A stretch of 64,000 nucleotides of DNA from Dethiobacteria bacterium (GCA_050942615.1 JBMNNQ010000001.1:12385-76384), one strand, 5' to 3'; shown: positions 19,257-29,553, numbered from the stretch's first letter. Numbers and translations are program-made. The notes: generated from the sequence alone by a model not told the origin.

Positions 19257-19517
19257 TCAGTCACGTTCACGTTTAAACCAGAGTTTTTCCAGGTAATTTT
19301 GTATAACTTGGTTCTTTTCTTCCCTGGCGCCCAAATAGATCCCGGCCCCCACGCAAAATAAAACAAAAATCCCCCGCCAAAAACCAAAAGCCATCAGGAT
19401 AATGGCTACCAGCAAGCCCAGAAAACCGCCCAAAATTTTGCCAAGGTTTTCGTTAACCAGCTTTAAAAAATTGTTTCTGTTTAGCATATTCACACCCTCA
19501 ACGAACCTTTTTTTCAA
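19257..19517 (-). CDS. Small integral membrane protein (DUF2273-like) of the asp23 operon
   Basis: 86 aa with two TM helices (ILGGFLGLLVAIILMAFGFWRGIFVLFCVGAGIYLG). It overlaps amaP by 20 nt. Confidence 0.6.
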   Translation of the reverse strand: MKKRFVEGVNMLNRNNFLKLVNENLGKILGGFLGLLVAIILMAFGFWRGIFVLFCVGAGIYLGAREEKNQVIQNYLEKLWFKRERD

Positions 19518-20034
19518 TTGTTTCCTGGGCGATATTCTCCACCAGCACCTTTACCTCGGCTACATTTGCCCCGCTAATTTCCTGCACATAGCGGCGCACT
19601 TTTTCCTGCAGTTCACTTACCAGAGCAGGGACAGGCAGATCGGGAATAATGCGGATGCGCAGGTAGATAACCAGGCCCTGTTCTGTAAAATTAATGCGGG
19701 TGTTAACCTCCCTGATGCCTTTGATTTTGCGGGAGGCCGTTAAAACCATATTTTCAATCGCGCGGAAGGAGATACGGATCTCACCAACTTCTGAAAAGTT
19801 AACGATATTTCCATTTTTTTCTTTTTCCCGGCCCTGTGCAGAAAAAATCAACAAAATAACTCCCACAATTAAAAGCAGGAAACCTGCAAGGGTATAACGC
19901 AGGTCACCGGTAAGCTTGTTAACAAAAAGAAAAAATTCTGTTGTAAAATACCCCAGCGTGATCAAAGCGAGAAAAAGCCCACCCAAAACACCACCGATTC
20001 CCAGAACAGCCAGGGTAATACGTCTTCCCCCCAT
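19498..20034 (-). CDS. amaP: Alkaline-shock-response membrane anchor protein AmaP-like
   Basis: 178 aa with N-terminal TM segments and a soluble Asp23-binding-like domain. It is adjacent to asp23. Confidence 0.65.
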   Translation of the reverse strand: MGGRRITLAVLGIGGVLGGLFLALITLGYFTTEFFLFVNKLTGDLRYTLAGFLLLIVGVILLIFSAQGREKEKNGNIVNFSEVGEIRISFRAIENMVLTASRKIKGIREVNTRINFTEQGLVIYLRIRIIPDLPVPALVSELQEKVRRYVQEISGANVAEVKVLVENIAQETIEKKVR

Positions 20035-20118
20035 TAGAAAAAACCAGCCTCCTTCTACAAAGCAGGAAAAGCTAACCCCCTGTTAAAAAATATTTACAGG
20101 AGGTTAGCCCTGAAAGCG

Positions 20119-20505
20119 CTATTTAGATTCTTCCTCTTCCGATTTTTGTTGTGGAAAACTGACACCCTGAATATGAACATTCACTTTGACAACCTTTAAA
20201 CCCGTCATGTTTTCAACCGCTTTTTTGACATTTTCCTGTACATTCCAGGCCACATCGGGGATGCGGGAACCATAGCCGACGATCATGAACAAATCTACGG
20301 CAGCCTCTTCTTCCCCGACTTCCACTTTTACTCCCTTGGATAAATTTTTACGCCCCAGGGCTTCGGCAATACCCCCGGCAATACCCCCGCTCATGCTGGC
20401 CACGCCATCAACTTCTGTAGCTGCCAACCCGGCAATAATTGAAACAACCTCATCAGCAATGCGAATTGATCCCAGTTCAGAAGGAAGAGCACGGTTTTCA
20501 GTCAT
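20119..20505 (-). CDS. asp23: Asp23/Gls24-family alkaline shock protein
   Basis: 128 aa (IRIADEVVSIIAGLAATEVDGVASMSGG). Confidence 0.85.
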   Translation of the reverse strand: MTENRALPSELGSIRIADEVVSIIAGLAATEVDGVASMSGGIAGGIAEALGRKNLSKGVKVEVGEEEAAVDLFMIVGYGSRIPDVAWNVQENVKKAVENMTGLKVVKVNVHIQGVSFPQQKSEEEESK

Positions 20506-20646
20506 TTTTATTCCTCCTTTTTTAAACCTTTAAATCTAGAAGACTCATTTTTAATTATACCAAATATTAACTACATTTATCAAATAAATATTTCCTTAAG
20601 TTACAGCTTTCCCGGCATTTTTATGAGAAAAACAAAGAATGTATGC

Positions 20647-21177
20647 CTATTTGTGTTGTATAACCTGTACCTCTTCCCGGGGAATTTCAATGGTTGCGGC
20701 CACCGTTTCGGTGACTCGCAAAAAATCCTCCGCCTCCAGTTTTTCAGTTTCAACCATCACTATTGTACCCTTCCTGCAGGAAAATAAAAGGGCGTCTTTA
20801 TACCCCTGCGCCTTAAGCAGGTTTTCAGCAAGCAGTTCTTTTTCCATCAAATTGACCAGTTGTAAAAGCTGTTGTTCCGCCTCCAGCCTGGCTTCCGATC
20901 CCACCTGGGGATTGTTGATCATTTCGTTGAGCATTTCTGTTTCCTGGCTCCTGATCCGCTCCCTTTCCAGGCGGTATTCCATAAAAAATTCCTGGGAACT
21001 GTCAAAACTCCAACTTTCCGGTCCAGCGTTAAGGCCCGCAGTGGTCAGAGGCTGAAATACTTCTTCATCAGGTATTATCTCTATCCTGCACATTTCCTTT
21101 TCTACCCCGCTTAAGAACATATAGGTTACAGCTGCCACCAAAAGGAGACTAAAAACCCAAACCATTTTCCTGTTCAT
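20647..21177 (-). CDS. spoIIIAH: Stage III sporulation protein AH
   Basis: 176 aa with an N-terminal TM helix and a YscJ/FliF-like C-terminal domain. It is the last gene of the spoIIIA operon. Confidence 0.8.
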   Translation of the reverse strand: MNRKMVWVFSLLLVAAVTYMFLSGVEKEMCRIEIIPDEEVFQPLTTAGLNAGPESWSFDSSQEFFMEYRLERERIRSQETEMLNEMINNPQVGSEARLEAEQQLLQLVNLMEKELLAENLLKAQGYKDALLFSCRKGTIVMVETEKLEAEDFLRVTETVAATIEIPREEVQVIQHK

Positions 21178-21205
21178 TGTTTTAAAAATTCACCACCTTT
21201 TATTT

Positions 21206-21838
21206 TCAGTTCTTGCCCAGGGGTAAAACAGCTATCCTGTGTACCGGCAGGTTCAAAACGCTTTGGATGGCGCGGATTACCCTTAAACGCAGACCACTGT
21301 TTTCCACGCCCTGCGCTACCACCAGCACTCCCGTAATCCGGGGCATACTTTCACTTAAAAGCAGGGGTTTTTCCCCCCCGTTTGCTTCCCGTAACAGGAT
21401 ATAATTTTCTTTACTGTTGTTTTCCAGGATTTCTCTTTGCCCCCCCTCCCGATCACTTTCTGCGGTTTGCTTACTGTTTTCTTCATGAACCAGGCCATAG
21501 GTTGACTCCTTACTACCGGCAAAATTGATAAATACCTGTACCTGACTGATTCCATCTATATGCTCCAGGACCTGTTGTAATGATTGGCACAAATCTTTTT
21601 CATATGTATTTGCAACCATGAAGGAAACCTCTGTTTCTTCCGGTGGTTGCCCGTTGGGTAAAGAAGCTTTTTTGAACGGCGTAAAAAGTGAACCGGCAAA
21701 CATTAGTATTATCCCCAGGAGGAGTAAGGATAATAGAAAATAATTTTTCCTTTTATCCCTGAAAAATTTTCCCGTAAAAAAATCCTTGAACAAAGCAAAC
21801 GTCTTATTTTTGGGTTCTTTACTGGACATGGTCCCCAC
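21206..21838 (-). CDS. spoIIIAG: Stage III sporulation protein AG
   Basis: 210 aa with an N-terminal TM helix; assigned by operon position. Confidence 0.75.
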   Translation of the reverse strand: MGTMSSKEPKNKTFALFKDFFTGKFFRDKRKNYFLLSLLLLGIILMFAGSLFTPFKKASLPNGQPPEETEVSFMVANTYEKDLCQSLQQVLEHIDGISQVQVFINFAGSKESTYGLVHEENSKQTAESDREGGQREILENNSKENYILLREANGGEKPLLLSESMPRITGVLVVAQGVENSGLRLRVIRAIQSVLNLPVHRIAVLPLGKN

Positions 21839-21841
21839 CTT

Positions 21842-22519
21842 TCAAGGCCGAATTTCGACTTCAACATTTTCAGGGGGAAGTCGAAAATAGGCGGCCAGAT
21901 ACTTTTCAACTTCCCTTGTTTGGCCCCCGTTGCTGCCCGGGGAAACCCTGCCTTCACCTGTATTGTTTACGCTGCTGTTTTCCCGGGAGGCCCCTTTGTT
22001 TGAGGAGGCCACCTCCACAGCAATATTTACCTCCTCAAATTTTCCGGGGGCAGAAACCTCCTTGACAAATTTTTTTTCCTGCACAACTGCATAAATATGT
22101 TTGAACAAACCAAATTCCTTGCTGTCAGGGTTATCCTCCGTTGTAATCTGCAGGTCAAGTAAATCCTGTTGAAATTCCCGGGCCAGCTCCGCTGTTAATA
22201 GGTCGTATACTTTGGCTTGGTATTCTTCCAGGGCATTTTTCATTTTTTCTTTATACAGCTGTTCTCCACGACCCAGGATCGCCTCCAATTCTGCCCTGTT
22301 TTCATTTTCCATATTGTTCACCAGGGGAGGAATTTCCCAATATGGTGCCAGGTGCATTATTTTTTGCAGGGGGGTGATCAGTGTAAAAATAAGCAGTATC
22401 CCGATGAGCATGCGTAAATAACGGCGAAAAACCCCTTGCGGCAAAATCATTTCCAAAAGGGTGCTGATAAAAATGAGGATGACAATGTAACGGATAAGCC
22501 CCCCGATTGTTTCCATCAT
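21842..22519 (-). CDS. spoIIIAF: Stage III sporulation protein AF
   Basis: 225 aa with two N-terminal TM helices; assigned by operon position. Confidence 0.75.
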   Translation of the reverse strand: MMETIGGLIRYIVILIFISTLLEMILPQGVFRRYLRMLIGILLIFTLITPLQKIMHLAPYWEIPPLVNNMENENRAELEAILGRGEQLYKEKMKNALEEYQAKVYDLLTAELAREFQQDLLDLQITTEDNPDSKEFGLFKHIYAVVQEKKFVKEVSAPGKFEEVNIAVEVASSNKGASRENSSVNNTGEGRVSPGSNGGQTREVEKYLAAYFRLPPENVEVEIRP

Positions 22520-22545
22520 CTTTATTCATCCTTCCAGCCGGTTTT

Positions 22546-23772
22546 TCAGCGCAGCATGATCGTGGCGTTACTGATGCCGATGATGATGGCCACACCGATA
22601 AAAAAGACGAGGGCTACCGCGGCTACAGCAGCAAAAATCATCGTCAGGCATTTGCTCATGGATTCCAGGGCACCGCCCAGGGTAGTTTCCCCCAGGGGTT
22701 GAATTAAAGCGCTGCAGACCTTGTAGATACTGATGACAGCCAGTATTTTCAGTAAGGGAAAAACCGTAATCAGGGCCAATATAACCAGGCCCATAATAGT
22801 TGCACTGTTTTTAATTAACATGGAATAGCCAAGGACGGTTTCTATTGCATCGGCAAGCTTGCCTCCCACTACCGGAATAAAAGCACCGGTCATAAATTTA
22901 GCTGTTTTCAGCGTCAAGGCATCACCAATGCCCCCGGCTACCCCCTGAATAGACATAAAACCGGTAAATAGTGTTAACAAAAGCCCCAAACTTATGATAC
23001 TGATATCTTTAAATAGATCAGCCAGGCGGTTGATCTTGAAATGCGGCGAAAAATGATCTACCAAGTACAGAATAGTTGCCAGGAAAATCAGGGGAAAAAT
23101 TATATTATTAATCAGGGAAGCGCTGAAATTAACGGCAAAGATGATCAAGGGATGAAAAAGGCTGACCGAGGCAACATGGCCCAAGGAGGCCATTAAAGTT
23201 AACAAAACCGGCAGCAGGGCAAGCATAAAGTTTACCATGTTTTCTACAGTATGTTTCCCGGTTTCAGCAACCATTGTAAAACTTTTCATAGCCAGTCCCA
23301 ACAGCACGAAAAAGGCAACGGCTTCCGTCAACCGTGCAACTTCTTCAGAACTAAAAGCCCCCTGCAAACTTTTTAAAAGTGCGGCAGCTACCGCTAAAAA
23401 AAGGAGCTGGCCCAGCAGGCCCAAGTTGGTGATTACCTCTGCCAACAGGTAGCGGCCCAGTCCTGCGCATATTTCCCGAAAAGGAACCAGGCCCCCCTCC
23501 CCCTTTTTCCAGATATCCCTGATGTTCCAGGAGGGTAAAAATTCGCCCATTTCGTCTTCCAATTCATACCAATATTTTTCTACCTGCTCCCAACCTTCCA
23601 AAGGAGGGGCCTCTTCATCCTCGCCTGCCATCAAAACACCTGCCGGGGCCGCCCCCTGCCGGGCCATAACCCCCCCGGGGGATGTCCAAATCAGCACCAC
23701 TAGAAAAAAGGTCAGGAAAACTTTTGTCGGTGAAAATTTTTCCGTACCCATCCTGTTGCACCCTGCCTCCAT
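22546..23772 (-). CDS. spoIIIAE: Stage III sporulation protein AE
   Basis: 408 aa with a signal peptide and a polytopic membrane domain. Confidence 0.85.
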   Translation of the reverse strand: MEAGCNRMGTEKFSPTKVFLTFFLVVLIWTSPGGVMARQGAAPAGVLMAGEDEEAPPLEGWEQVEKYWYELEDEMGEFLPSWNIRDIWKKGEGGLVPFREICAGLGRYLLAEVITNLGLLGQLLFLAVAAALLKSLQGAFSSEEVARLTEAVAFFVLLGLAMKSFTMVAETGKHTVENMVNFMLALLPVLLTLMASLGHVASVSLFHPLIIFAVNFSASLINNIIFPLIFLATILYLVDHFSPHFKINRLADLFKDISIISLGLLLTLFTGFMSIQGVAGGIGDALTLKTAKFMTGAFIPVVGGKLADAIETVLGYSMLIKNSATIMGLVILALITVFPLLKILAVISIYKVCSALIQPLGETTLGGALESMSKCLTMIFAAVAAVALVFFIGVAIIIGISNATIMLR

Positions 23773-23779
23773 ATTTTAC

Positions 23780-24166
23780 CTATGGTATAAAATTGATAAT
23801 TCCTTCTAAAATAGCCACAAGTATAGGTATGGCCATGATTAAAATCAGTATTTTGCCGGCGAATTCAATTTTAGCAGCAATGTTAACGTCACCTGCATCT
23901 TTACATATCTGTGCCCCAAATTCAGCAAGGTAGGCGACACCGATTACACGCATCAGAATTCTTAAAAAAACAGTATTTATTTCCGCTTGCAGGGCTAAAT
24001 CAGTTATTACATCAATAATCATTTTTAAATACCCTAAAACGTATACAACAATTGCTATTCCTACGCCGATCGATAATAGCTGGGCCAGTTCGGGCCGGCT
24101 TTGACGAATAAAAAGGATAAAAATTGTGGCGATTACCCCAAATACCATGACCTGTGCAATTTCCAC
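23780..24166 (-). CDS. spoIIIAD: Stage III sporulation protein AD
   Basis: 128-aa four-TM protein. Confidence 0.85.
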   Translation of the reverse strand: MEIAQVMVFGVIATIFILFIRQSRPELAQLLSIGVGIAIVVYVLGYLKMIIDVITDLALQAEINTVFLRILMRVIGVAYLAEFGAQICKDAGDVNIAAKIEFAGKILILIMAIPILVAILEGIINFIP

Positions 24167-24183
24167 GGAGCAGCAACACCCAC

Positions 24184-24390
24184 TTAATATAAATTAAAAA
24201 TGTCGCGGATACTGGTAAAAAGATCTCCCAAGAGTTGTAAAACCAGGAGAAGCACAATTACGACACCAACCAAGGTCAGCATTTGTGCCTGTTCCTCCTT
24301 ACCGGCTTGTTTGAGGACAATGTTTAAAACAGAAATAAAAATACCAATGCCGGCGATCTGAAAAAGGAGATCGACCCTCAAAACATGCAT
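24184..24390 (-). CDS. spoIIIAC: Stage III sporulation protein AC
   Basis: 68 aa from the ATG at 24390 (MHVLRVDLLFQIAGIGIF...), similar to B. subtilis SpoIIIAC. Confidence 0.85.
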   Translation of the reverse strand: MHVLRVDLLFQIAGIGIFISVLNIVLKQAGKEEQAQMLTLVGVVIVLLLVLQLLGDLFTSIRDIFNLY

Positions 24391-24453
24391 TTTCAACCCC
24401 CTTCCTCCCTGCAAAGCCCCGGGTTTTAGACACCCGGGCTGTTTGCCCGGCCC

Positions 24454-24978
24454 CTAAAGAAGAAAAATAACCAAAGTGATACCGCCCAGCAACCCTAAAT
24501 ATTTCCAAACCTTATCATTCTTTTGTAGTTCATCCTGTGCCTCCCGGTGAACCTGCCGCAACAGCTCTTTAACTAATTTAATTTGTCGCAGTTGATCATT
24601 TTTATCGCCCTTTCCCCAGGCCAGTCCCAGTCTTTCCAACAGCTGGCTGCCGGCAGGGGAAAGGGATAAGCGGGCTGCGCTGTTTTTCAAGGCCTTTTGC
24701 CAGCATTCCCCGGCACTCAGGCCCCTGTTTTTTTGCATTTCCCCGGCTGCATCACGAAAGACAGCCCCCACCGGCCCTTTCAATTTTGCGCCGATGTTTA
24801 TAAAAGCCCGCGGCAGGGGGGTCAGACCATAGCTTACTTCCGTGGAAAACAGTTCCAACCCGACCAGGAGTTCTTCCAGTTGAAGAACGCGCTGCCGGTA
24901 ATAAAAAGAAACGCCATTTCCATAAAGATAGGCAGCAGTAATAATCAAAGCTGCTCCCAAACCCTTGAGGTAGATCAT
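24454..24978 (-). CDS. spoIIIAB: Stage III sporulation protein AB
   Basis: 174 aa with a GspF-like fold. Confidence 0.8.
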   Translation of the reverse strand: MIYLKGLGAALIITAAYLYGNGVSFYYRQRVLQLEELLVGLELFSTEVSYGLTPLPRAFINIGAKLKGPVGAVFRDAAGEMQKNRGLSAGECWQKALKNSAARLSLSPAGSQLLERLGLAWGKGDKNDQLRQIKLVKELLRQVHREAQDELQKNDKVWKYLGLLGGITLVIFLL

Positions 24979-25982
24979 TTGGCTTTTTCTTCACCCCCGT
25001 AGCGGGCAGAATAAAGGGGCAGTCCTTTTTCCCCTTCAATGATCATCTCCAGGGTCCCCGGCCCCTTGTTGTTATTCAGGAAAATAAGGCGTTCAAAAAT
25101 ATTTTCCTGTAATAGTTCACCTAGAACGGGCCGTTGGCAGAGCTCCTCCAGCGAGGAACCATGGACAGAAGCAATAACGGATACCCCTGCAGATACAGCC
25201 TCAGCAAGAGCCTGTACATCCTCTTCCCTGCCGATTTCATCTGTAATAATTACCTGTGGTGAAAGTGAACGCAGCATGAGCATAATTCCTTCTGCTTTGG
25301 GGCAGGCGTCCAAAACGTCTGTCCTGATGCCAACATCCAACTGCGGAACCCCCTGGAAACAGCCGGCAATCTCGGAACGTTCATCAATAACGCCCACTTT
25401 TTGCCCCGCTTGGCCCAAAATCCCGGCACCGTTGCTGATTAAGCGAGCTAAATCCCTGAGCAGTGTTGTTTTCCCCCCCTGGGGAGGAGAAATAATCAGG
25501 GTATGAAAAATACGCCAGGTTTGCCGGTCAAACAGAAAACCGAGCACTTTTTCGCCCGCCCCTTTGATCTGACGAGCTACACGAAAATTAAGGGAACTGA
25601 TGTCCCGCAAGATCCTGATCTTGCCATTTTCCAGCACTGCCCTTCCGGCCAGGCCTACACGGTGCCCGCCAGGAAGGGTCAGGTAACCCTGTTTTAGTTC
25701 TTCCTCAAAGGCATAAAGGGAATAACTGCTGATCAGTTCTACTGTCTTCTCTAAATCCTCACCAAAAACATGGTAAGCCTCCTTGGCTGTCAGGACAGGC
25801 CCCTTTGTCCCAAGAAAGACTTCCCCCCCCGCCCAATAGATAATAAGAGGCCGGGAATGCCGCAAACGTATTTCTTCTGTTTTATTTAAAACCTCCGCCG
25901 GCAATTTTTCGATAATAGCGCGGATCGGCAGGGTCAGAAAAGGGCAGATCTGTTTTATAATATTATTCCGGGCTTTCCCCAT
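24975..25982 (-). CDS. spoIIIAA: Stage III sporulation protein AA (secretion-type ATPase)
   Basis: 335 aa with Walker A PPQGGKTT. Confidence 0.9.
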   Translation of the reverse strand: MGKARNNIIKQICPFLTLPIRAIIEKLPAEVLNKTEEIRLRHSRPLIIYWAGGEVFLGTKGPVLTAKEAYHVFGEDLEKTVELISSYSLYAFEEELKQGYLTLPGGHRVGLAGRAVLENGKIRILRDISSLNFRVARQIKGAGEKVLGFLFDRQTWRIFHTLIISPPQGGKTTLLRDLARLISNGAGILGQAGQKVGVIDERSEIAGCFQGVPQLDVGIRTDVLDACPKAEGIMLMLRSLSPQVIITDEIGREEDVQALAEAVSAGVSVIASVHGSSLEELCQRPVLGELLQENIFERLIFLNNNKGPGTLEMIIEGEKGLPLYSARYGGEEKAK

Positions 25983-26145
25983 TTATAATTTCACCTTTCA
26001 AAAACTAATGGCAGCAAAATGTTTACCTTATAGAAATAAGTATTGCAGAAAAGATCTGTTTATGAATGGCAAACCGGTTTTTTTAAAATAAATCCTTCGG
26101 GAAAAAATATTTGTTTGGCAGCTGGTTGCCAATTACTGCCATTAA

Positions 26146-26245
26146 AAAAGCCGGGAAAGGAAAGTTTCCTCCGGCTGACTAATATTTTTTACACACCTTG
26201 AAACCAAAAAACTCCCGGTTATGAAATTAAACCAGGAGTTTAATA
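26146..26245 (-). terminator. Two tandem intrinsic terminators downstream of the acidic Zn-ribbon gene and upstream of the spoIIIA promoter
   Basis: Minus-strand hairpins ACUCCUGG...CCGGGAGU followed by UUUUUUGG (26206-26245), and AGCCGG...CCGGCU followed by UUUUUUAA (26146-26180). Confidence 0.55.
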
Positions 26246-26403
26246 GCAATAAAAATTAGTCAGATATTTGAATGAAAAAACGGGTTAAATAAAAATGTTT
26301 AGCTCTGTTTTACCGGCCAAAATTAGCTTACAGAAACTACAGTTCTGCATGAACTATATTTGTTGGGAATCAGGATGCAGATCCCCTTGGCTAAACAGTT
26401 TGC

Positions 26404-26940
26404 TTATGCTTCCGGAGGATGGTTCTCTCCCTCGTCATTTATTTCTTCCAGCTCTTCTTCCCATTCCTCATCATTGATAAAAACAACTTTCCCGCAGTTA
26501 GGGCAGAGTACCTCCAGGGAATCTTCATTTTCCAGGATATCGTTGTCAATTGGCACCTCCTGATGACATTCCGGGCATTCTATTGAAAAGCTGACTTCAT
26601 ACTCATCAAGATCGTCCAAGTCATCGTGATCATCAGGATCGCCATCGTCGTCAAAATCGTCAAAATCATCGAAGTCGTCGTCATCGTCATCAAAGTCATC
26701 ATCGTCATCGTCATCATCGTCAAAACTGTCATTTTCCAGGTCGGTCAGATCTTCATCAATGGCTTCAACATAGGAAAAAAGTTCTTCATAATCATCTTTT
26801 AAGGTATTGATAGAGCTGACAATATCATCGAGCACAGCTATGATTTGGTGAAAAACCTTGCCTTCTTTTTTGTCATCCGAAACCCCCAGCCCTTCGACCA
26901 AACCCTTTAAGTATCCCATCCTGGCATCAAGATTTTCCAT
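26404..26940 (-). CDS. Highly acidic poly-Asp protein with a C-terminal double CxxC zinc ribbon (CD1247-N-domain-like)
   Basis: 178 aa. A run of more than 40 Asp-rich residues (DDDDDDDDDFDDDDDDFDDFDDFDDDGDPDDHDDLDD) and C-terminal CPEC...CPNC. RBS AAGGAGGG. It occupies the slot between efp and spoIIIAA. Confidence 0.7.
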   Translation of the reverse strand: MENLDARMGYLKGLVEGLGVSDDKKEGKVFHQIIAVLDDIVSSINTLKDDYEELFSYVEAIDEDLTDLENDSFDDDDDDDDDFDDDDDDFDDFDDFDDDGDPDDHDDLDDLDEYEVSFSIECPECHQEVPIDNDILENEDSLEVLCPNCGKVVFINDEEWEEELEEINDEGENHPPEA

Positions 26941-27027
26941 TTAAAAACCCTCCTTAGATATAATCGGGAGATATAATCGGGCAAAAATAAAAATTACCGC
27001 CCTGGGTAGCTTTTTCCCCTGTCTATG

Positions 27028-27585
27028 TTAAACACGTTCTATATAGGTGCCATCACGTGTATCAATTTTCAGTAAGTCCCCTTCGCTAATAAAAAAGGGC
27101 ACCTGCACAACAAGGCCTGTTTCCAGCTTGGCAGGCTTGCCACCGCCGGCAGCGGTATCCCCCTTAAAACTAGGATCAGTTTCAGCCACCTTCAGCTCTA
27201 CAAAGTGGGGCAGTTCCAGGCCGATAACCTCATTCTTGTAAAAAAGCACCTGTAAGCGCAGGTTTTCTTTTAGGTAGTTAATGCTATCTTCAACTTGCCG
27301 GCGATCCAGGGAAAGCTGTTCATAGCTTTCCGTATCCATAAAAATATATTCTTCCCCGGTATTATAAAGATATTCCATTTCCTTCCGTTCAATAATGGCC
27401 CGGGGGACCTTTTCCCCTGCCCGAAAGGTTTTTTCCACGACTGCCCCGCTGCGCATATTTTTTAAACGGGAACGCACAAAAGCAGAACCTTTACCTGGTT
27501 TAACGTGCTGGAATTCTACAACTGTAAAGATATTCCCCTCCAACTCGATTGTTAACCCTGTATGAAAGTCATTACTGGATATCAT
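27028..27585 (-). CDS. efp: Elongation factor P
   Basis: 185 aa with a [15 protein letters not shown] loop and a three-domain EF-P architecture. Confidence 0.95.
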   Translation of the reverse strand: MISSNDFHTGLTIELEGNIFTVVEFQHVKPGKGSAFVRSRLKNMRSGAVVEKTFRAGEKVPRAIIERKEMEYLYNTGEEYIFMDTESYEQLSLDRRQVEDSINYLKENLRLQVLFYKNEVIGLELPHFVELKVAETDPSFKGDTAAGGGKPAKLETGLVVQVPFFISEGDLLKIDTRDGTYIERV

Positions 27586-27647
27586 CTCCGCATCACTCCT
27601 TGCTTGCTAATACCTTGCGGGCTATTTTACCTCCATAGTTTCCATAG

Positions 27648-28733
27648 TTAATATACAAATTTTTTTTCACTGTTTGTCAAAACCTGTACCCCGTCAGCAC
27701 GCAGAACAACCAAGTCTTCGATCCGGACCCCTCCCCAATTTTCAATATAAAGGCCCGGCTCGATAGTAAAGACCATTGTTTCTGCCAACACACCCTGTCC
27801 CCGGGGCGCCAGGGTCGGCAGTTCATGGATTTCCAGCCCCACACCATGGCCCAACCCGTGGCCAAAATATACACCGTAGCCCTCCTGTTGAAAATATTGG
27901 CGCACCATCGCGTCCAGGGCAGCACATTCCTGCCCGGCCTTTGCTGCCCGCAGAGCCATTTCCTGGGCGGCCAGCACCAGGTTATAAATTTCAGACTGCT
28001 TGGCAGTCGGCTCGCCAAAAATAAAGGTCCGGCTCATATCAGAAGAATAGCCGTTATAAACTGCTCCAAAGTCAACAGTAACCAGTTCTCCGGCAGCAAT
28101 TGTTTTAGAACTGGCTACGCCATGGGGCAAGGCAGAACGTTCTCCGGAGGCAACAATGGTTTCAAAAGCCAATTTTTCCGCACCCAATTTACGCATCTGA
28201 AATTCCAGTTCGTCGGCCACCTCCCGTTCACTGATGCCCGGTTTGAGCAAAGGCAGCACCCTTTGCCAGGCATCGTCTGCTATGCGGGCGGCCCCGGCAA
28301 TCAGTTCAATCTCGGCTTCTTCTTTTTGGGCCCTGATTTCTTCAAAAAAATTATAAACAGGCCGGAGTTCGCTGCCGGGAACAGCTTTTTGCAGGATCCG
28401 GTATTCCCGCCAGGATAAATATGCTTCTTCCAATGCGATTTTTTTAAAACCCTTTTGGCTGATAAACCCAGCCAGTTTGGAATAATCCATGCTGCCCCCC
28501 ACAGGCACAATTTCAAAGGCGGGGGCTTCCTGGCCGGCCTGTTCCAAATAACGAAAATCGGTATAAAGCTGCGCTTCCCGGCCGGTTAGCAGTAAAAAAC
28601 CGCTGCTGCCGGAAAATCCGCTGAGATAGAAAATATTGGGATGGTGGGTAACCAGAACAGCTTCAAGGTTGTTTTCCTCCATTTTTTGACGGGCTTTTTT
28701 CAGTCTGTTTAAAATAACGCCACCTCCACACAC
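27648..28733 (-). CDS. Xaa-Pro aminopeptidase / M24 family peptidase (YqhT-like)
   Basis: M24 metal-binding residues (HGLGHGVGLEIHE, ...IEPGLY) and a creatinase-like N-terminal domain. The exact start is uncertain. Confidence 0.85.
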   Translation of the reverse strand: MCGGGVILNRLKKARQKMEENNLEAVLVTHHPNIFYLSGFSGSSGFLLLTGREAQLYTDFRYLEQAGQEAPAFEIVPVGGSMDYSKLAGFISQKGFKKIALEEAYLSWREYRILQKAVPGSELRPVYNFFEEIRAQKEEAEIELIAGAARIADDAWQRVLPLLKPGISEREVADELEFQMRKLGAEKLAFETIVASGERSALPHGVASSKTIAAGELVTVDFGAVYNGYSSDMSRTFIFGEPTAKQSEIYNLVLAAQEMALRAAKAGQECAALDAMVRQYFQQEGYGVYFGHGLGHGVGLEIHELPTLAPRGQGVLAETMVFTIEPGLYIENWGGVRIEDLVVLRADGVQVLTNSEKKFVY

Positions 28734-28982
28734 TTTTTGCGTTAAAAAAGATCAGGGGTGTTGCTGTGATTAAATCATCCTGCATTTATTATTTACTATT
28801 TTTTCGCAAGCACTCTTAAAATTTAAGCCTTATTGCGGTTAGTTCCACTTTCAGGGAAAAAATCCTGCCTTGACCGGTAAAAATAAATAAACTTACCTTG
28901 TTTCCTTTTGTGCAAGCGCGGGCGCGGGTAACAAGCGCTGCTGCAGTCTGCAGAATCTAGGCCCGCCTTTAATACTTTAATG

Positions 28983-29504
28983 CTACCAATTTGCAGGGGG
29001 ATTCCGGGAAACCCTGACCCTGCCGGTTACAGGTAGAACTATAACATAAAGTTTATCCCCTTTTTCAGATTTTAAAACAACTGTCCCACCACCGCTGCGG
29101 CAGGGATGCCCTAAATTATTGAAGGCTGCAACAGGAGGATTGCCACCGAAAGTGGTTAATCCTTCAAAATAAATACCCTCCGGCAAATTAATAAACAGCT
29201 GTCTGTTTTCCGGCAGCAAAAGCTGGTAGCGCTCTGTTTTAATAAGAAATTTTACCAGGCACTCTTCTCCGCTGGTAATTGCCTCCTGGCGCAACAGGCG
29301 CAGATCACTCCTTAAATTATGGGCTGCCGCCTCCAGTTTCCAGCGCGCAGAGATGTCCAGGCGGGGCAGGAGCAACCCTGCAAAAAGAGAAATGATAGCC
29401 ATCACTGCCAGCAGTTCAACAAGCGTGAAACCGCCGCTGGCGCAGCAATGTTTATTTATCGGAAATATTTTGTCTGATTTGCGACATTGCACCGGGTTTT
29501 GCAC
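28983..29504 (-). CDS. Pseudopilin with a prepilin-type N-terminal cleavage/methylation domain (GspH/FimT-like)
   Basis: Contains GGFTLVELLAVMAIISL. Confidence 0.7.
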   Translation of the reverse strand: MQNPVQCRKSDKIFPINKHCCASGGFTLVELLAVMAIISLFAGLLLPRLDISARWKLEAAAHNLRSDLRLLRQEAITSGEECLVKFLIKTERYQLLLPENRQLFINLPEGIYFEGLTTFGGNPPVAAFNNLGHPCRSGGGTVVLKSEKGDKLYVIVLPVTGRVRVSRNPPANW

Positions 29505-29553
29505 TTGGAATCACTGCTCCTGCTATTTTCTACATGCCCTGTTGGGGGGGGAC

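Noticed and set aside
26600-26760. GAT/GTC-rich simple-sequence region
   Set aside because: It is the coding sequence for the poly-Asp tract of the acidic protein, in frame and intact. It is not a non-coding microsatellite or a CRISPR-like repeat.
27825-28418. 197-aa plus-strand ORF
   Set aside because: Entirely antisense to the M24 peptidase gene. It has no RBS and a low-complexity composition.
28900-28982. GC-rich segment (gcgcgggcgcggg, ctgcagtctgcag) downstream of the last pseudopilin gene, considered as a terminator
   Set aside because: The complementary segments are mostly direct rather than inverted repeats. No clean stem followed by a U-tract could be drawn.
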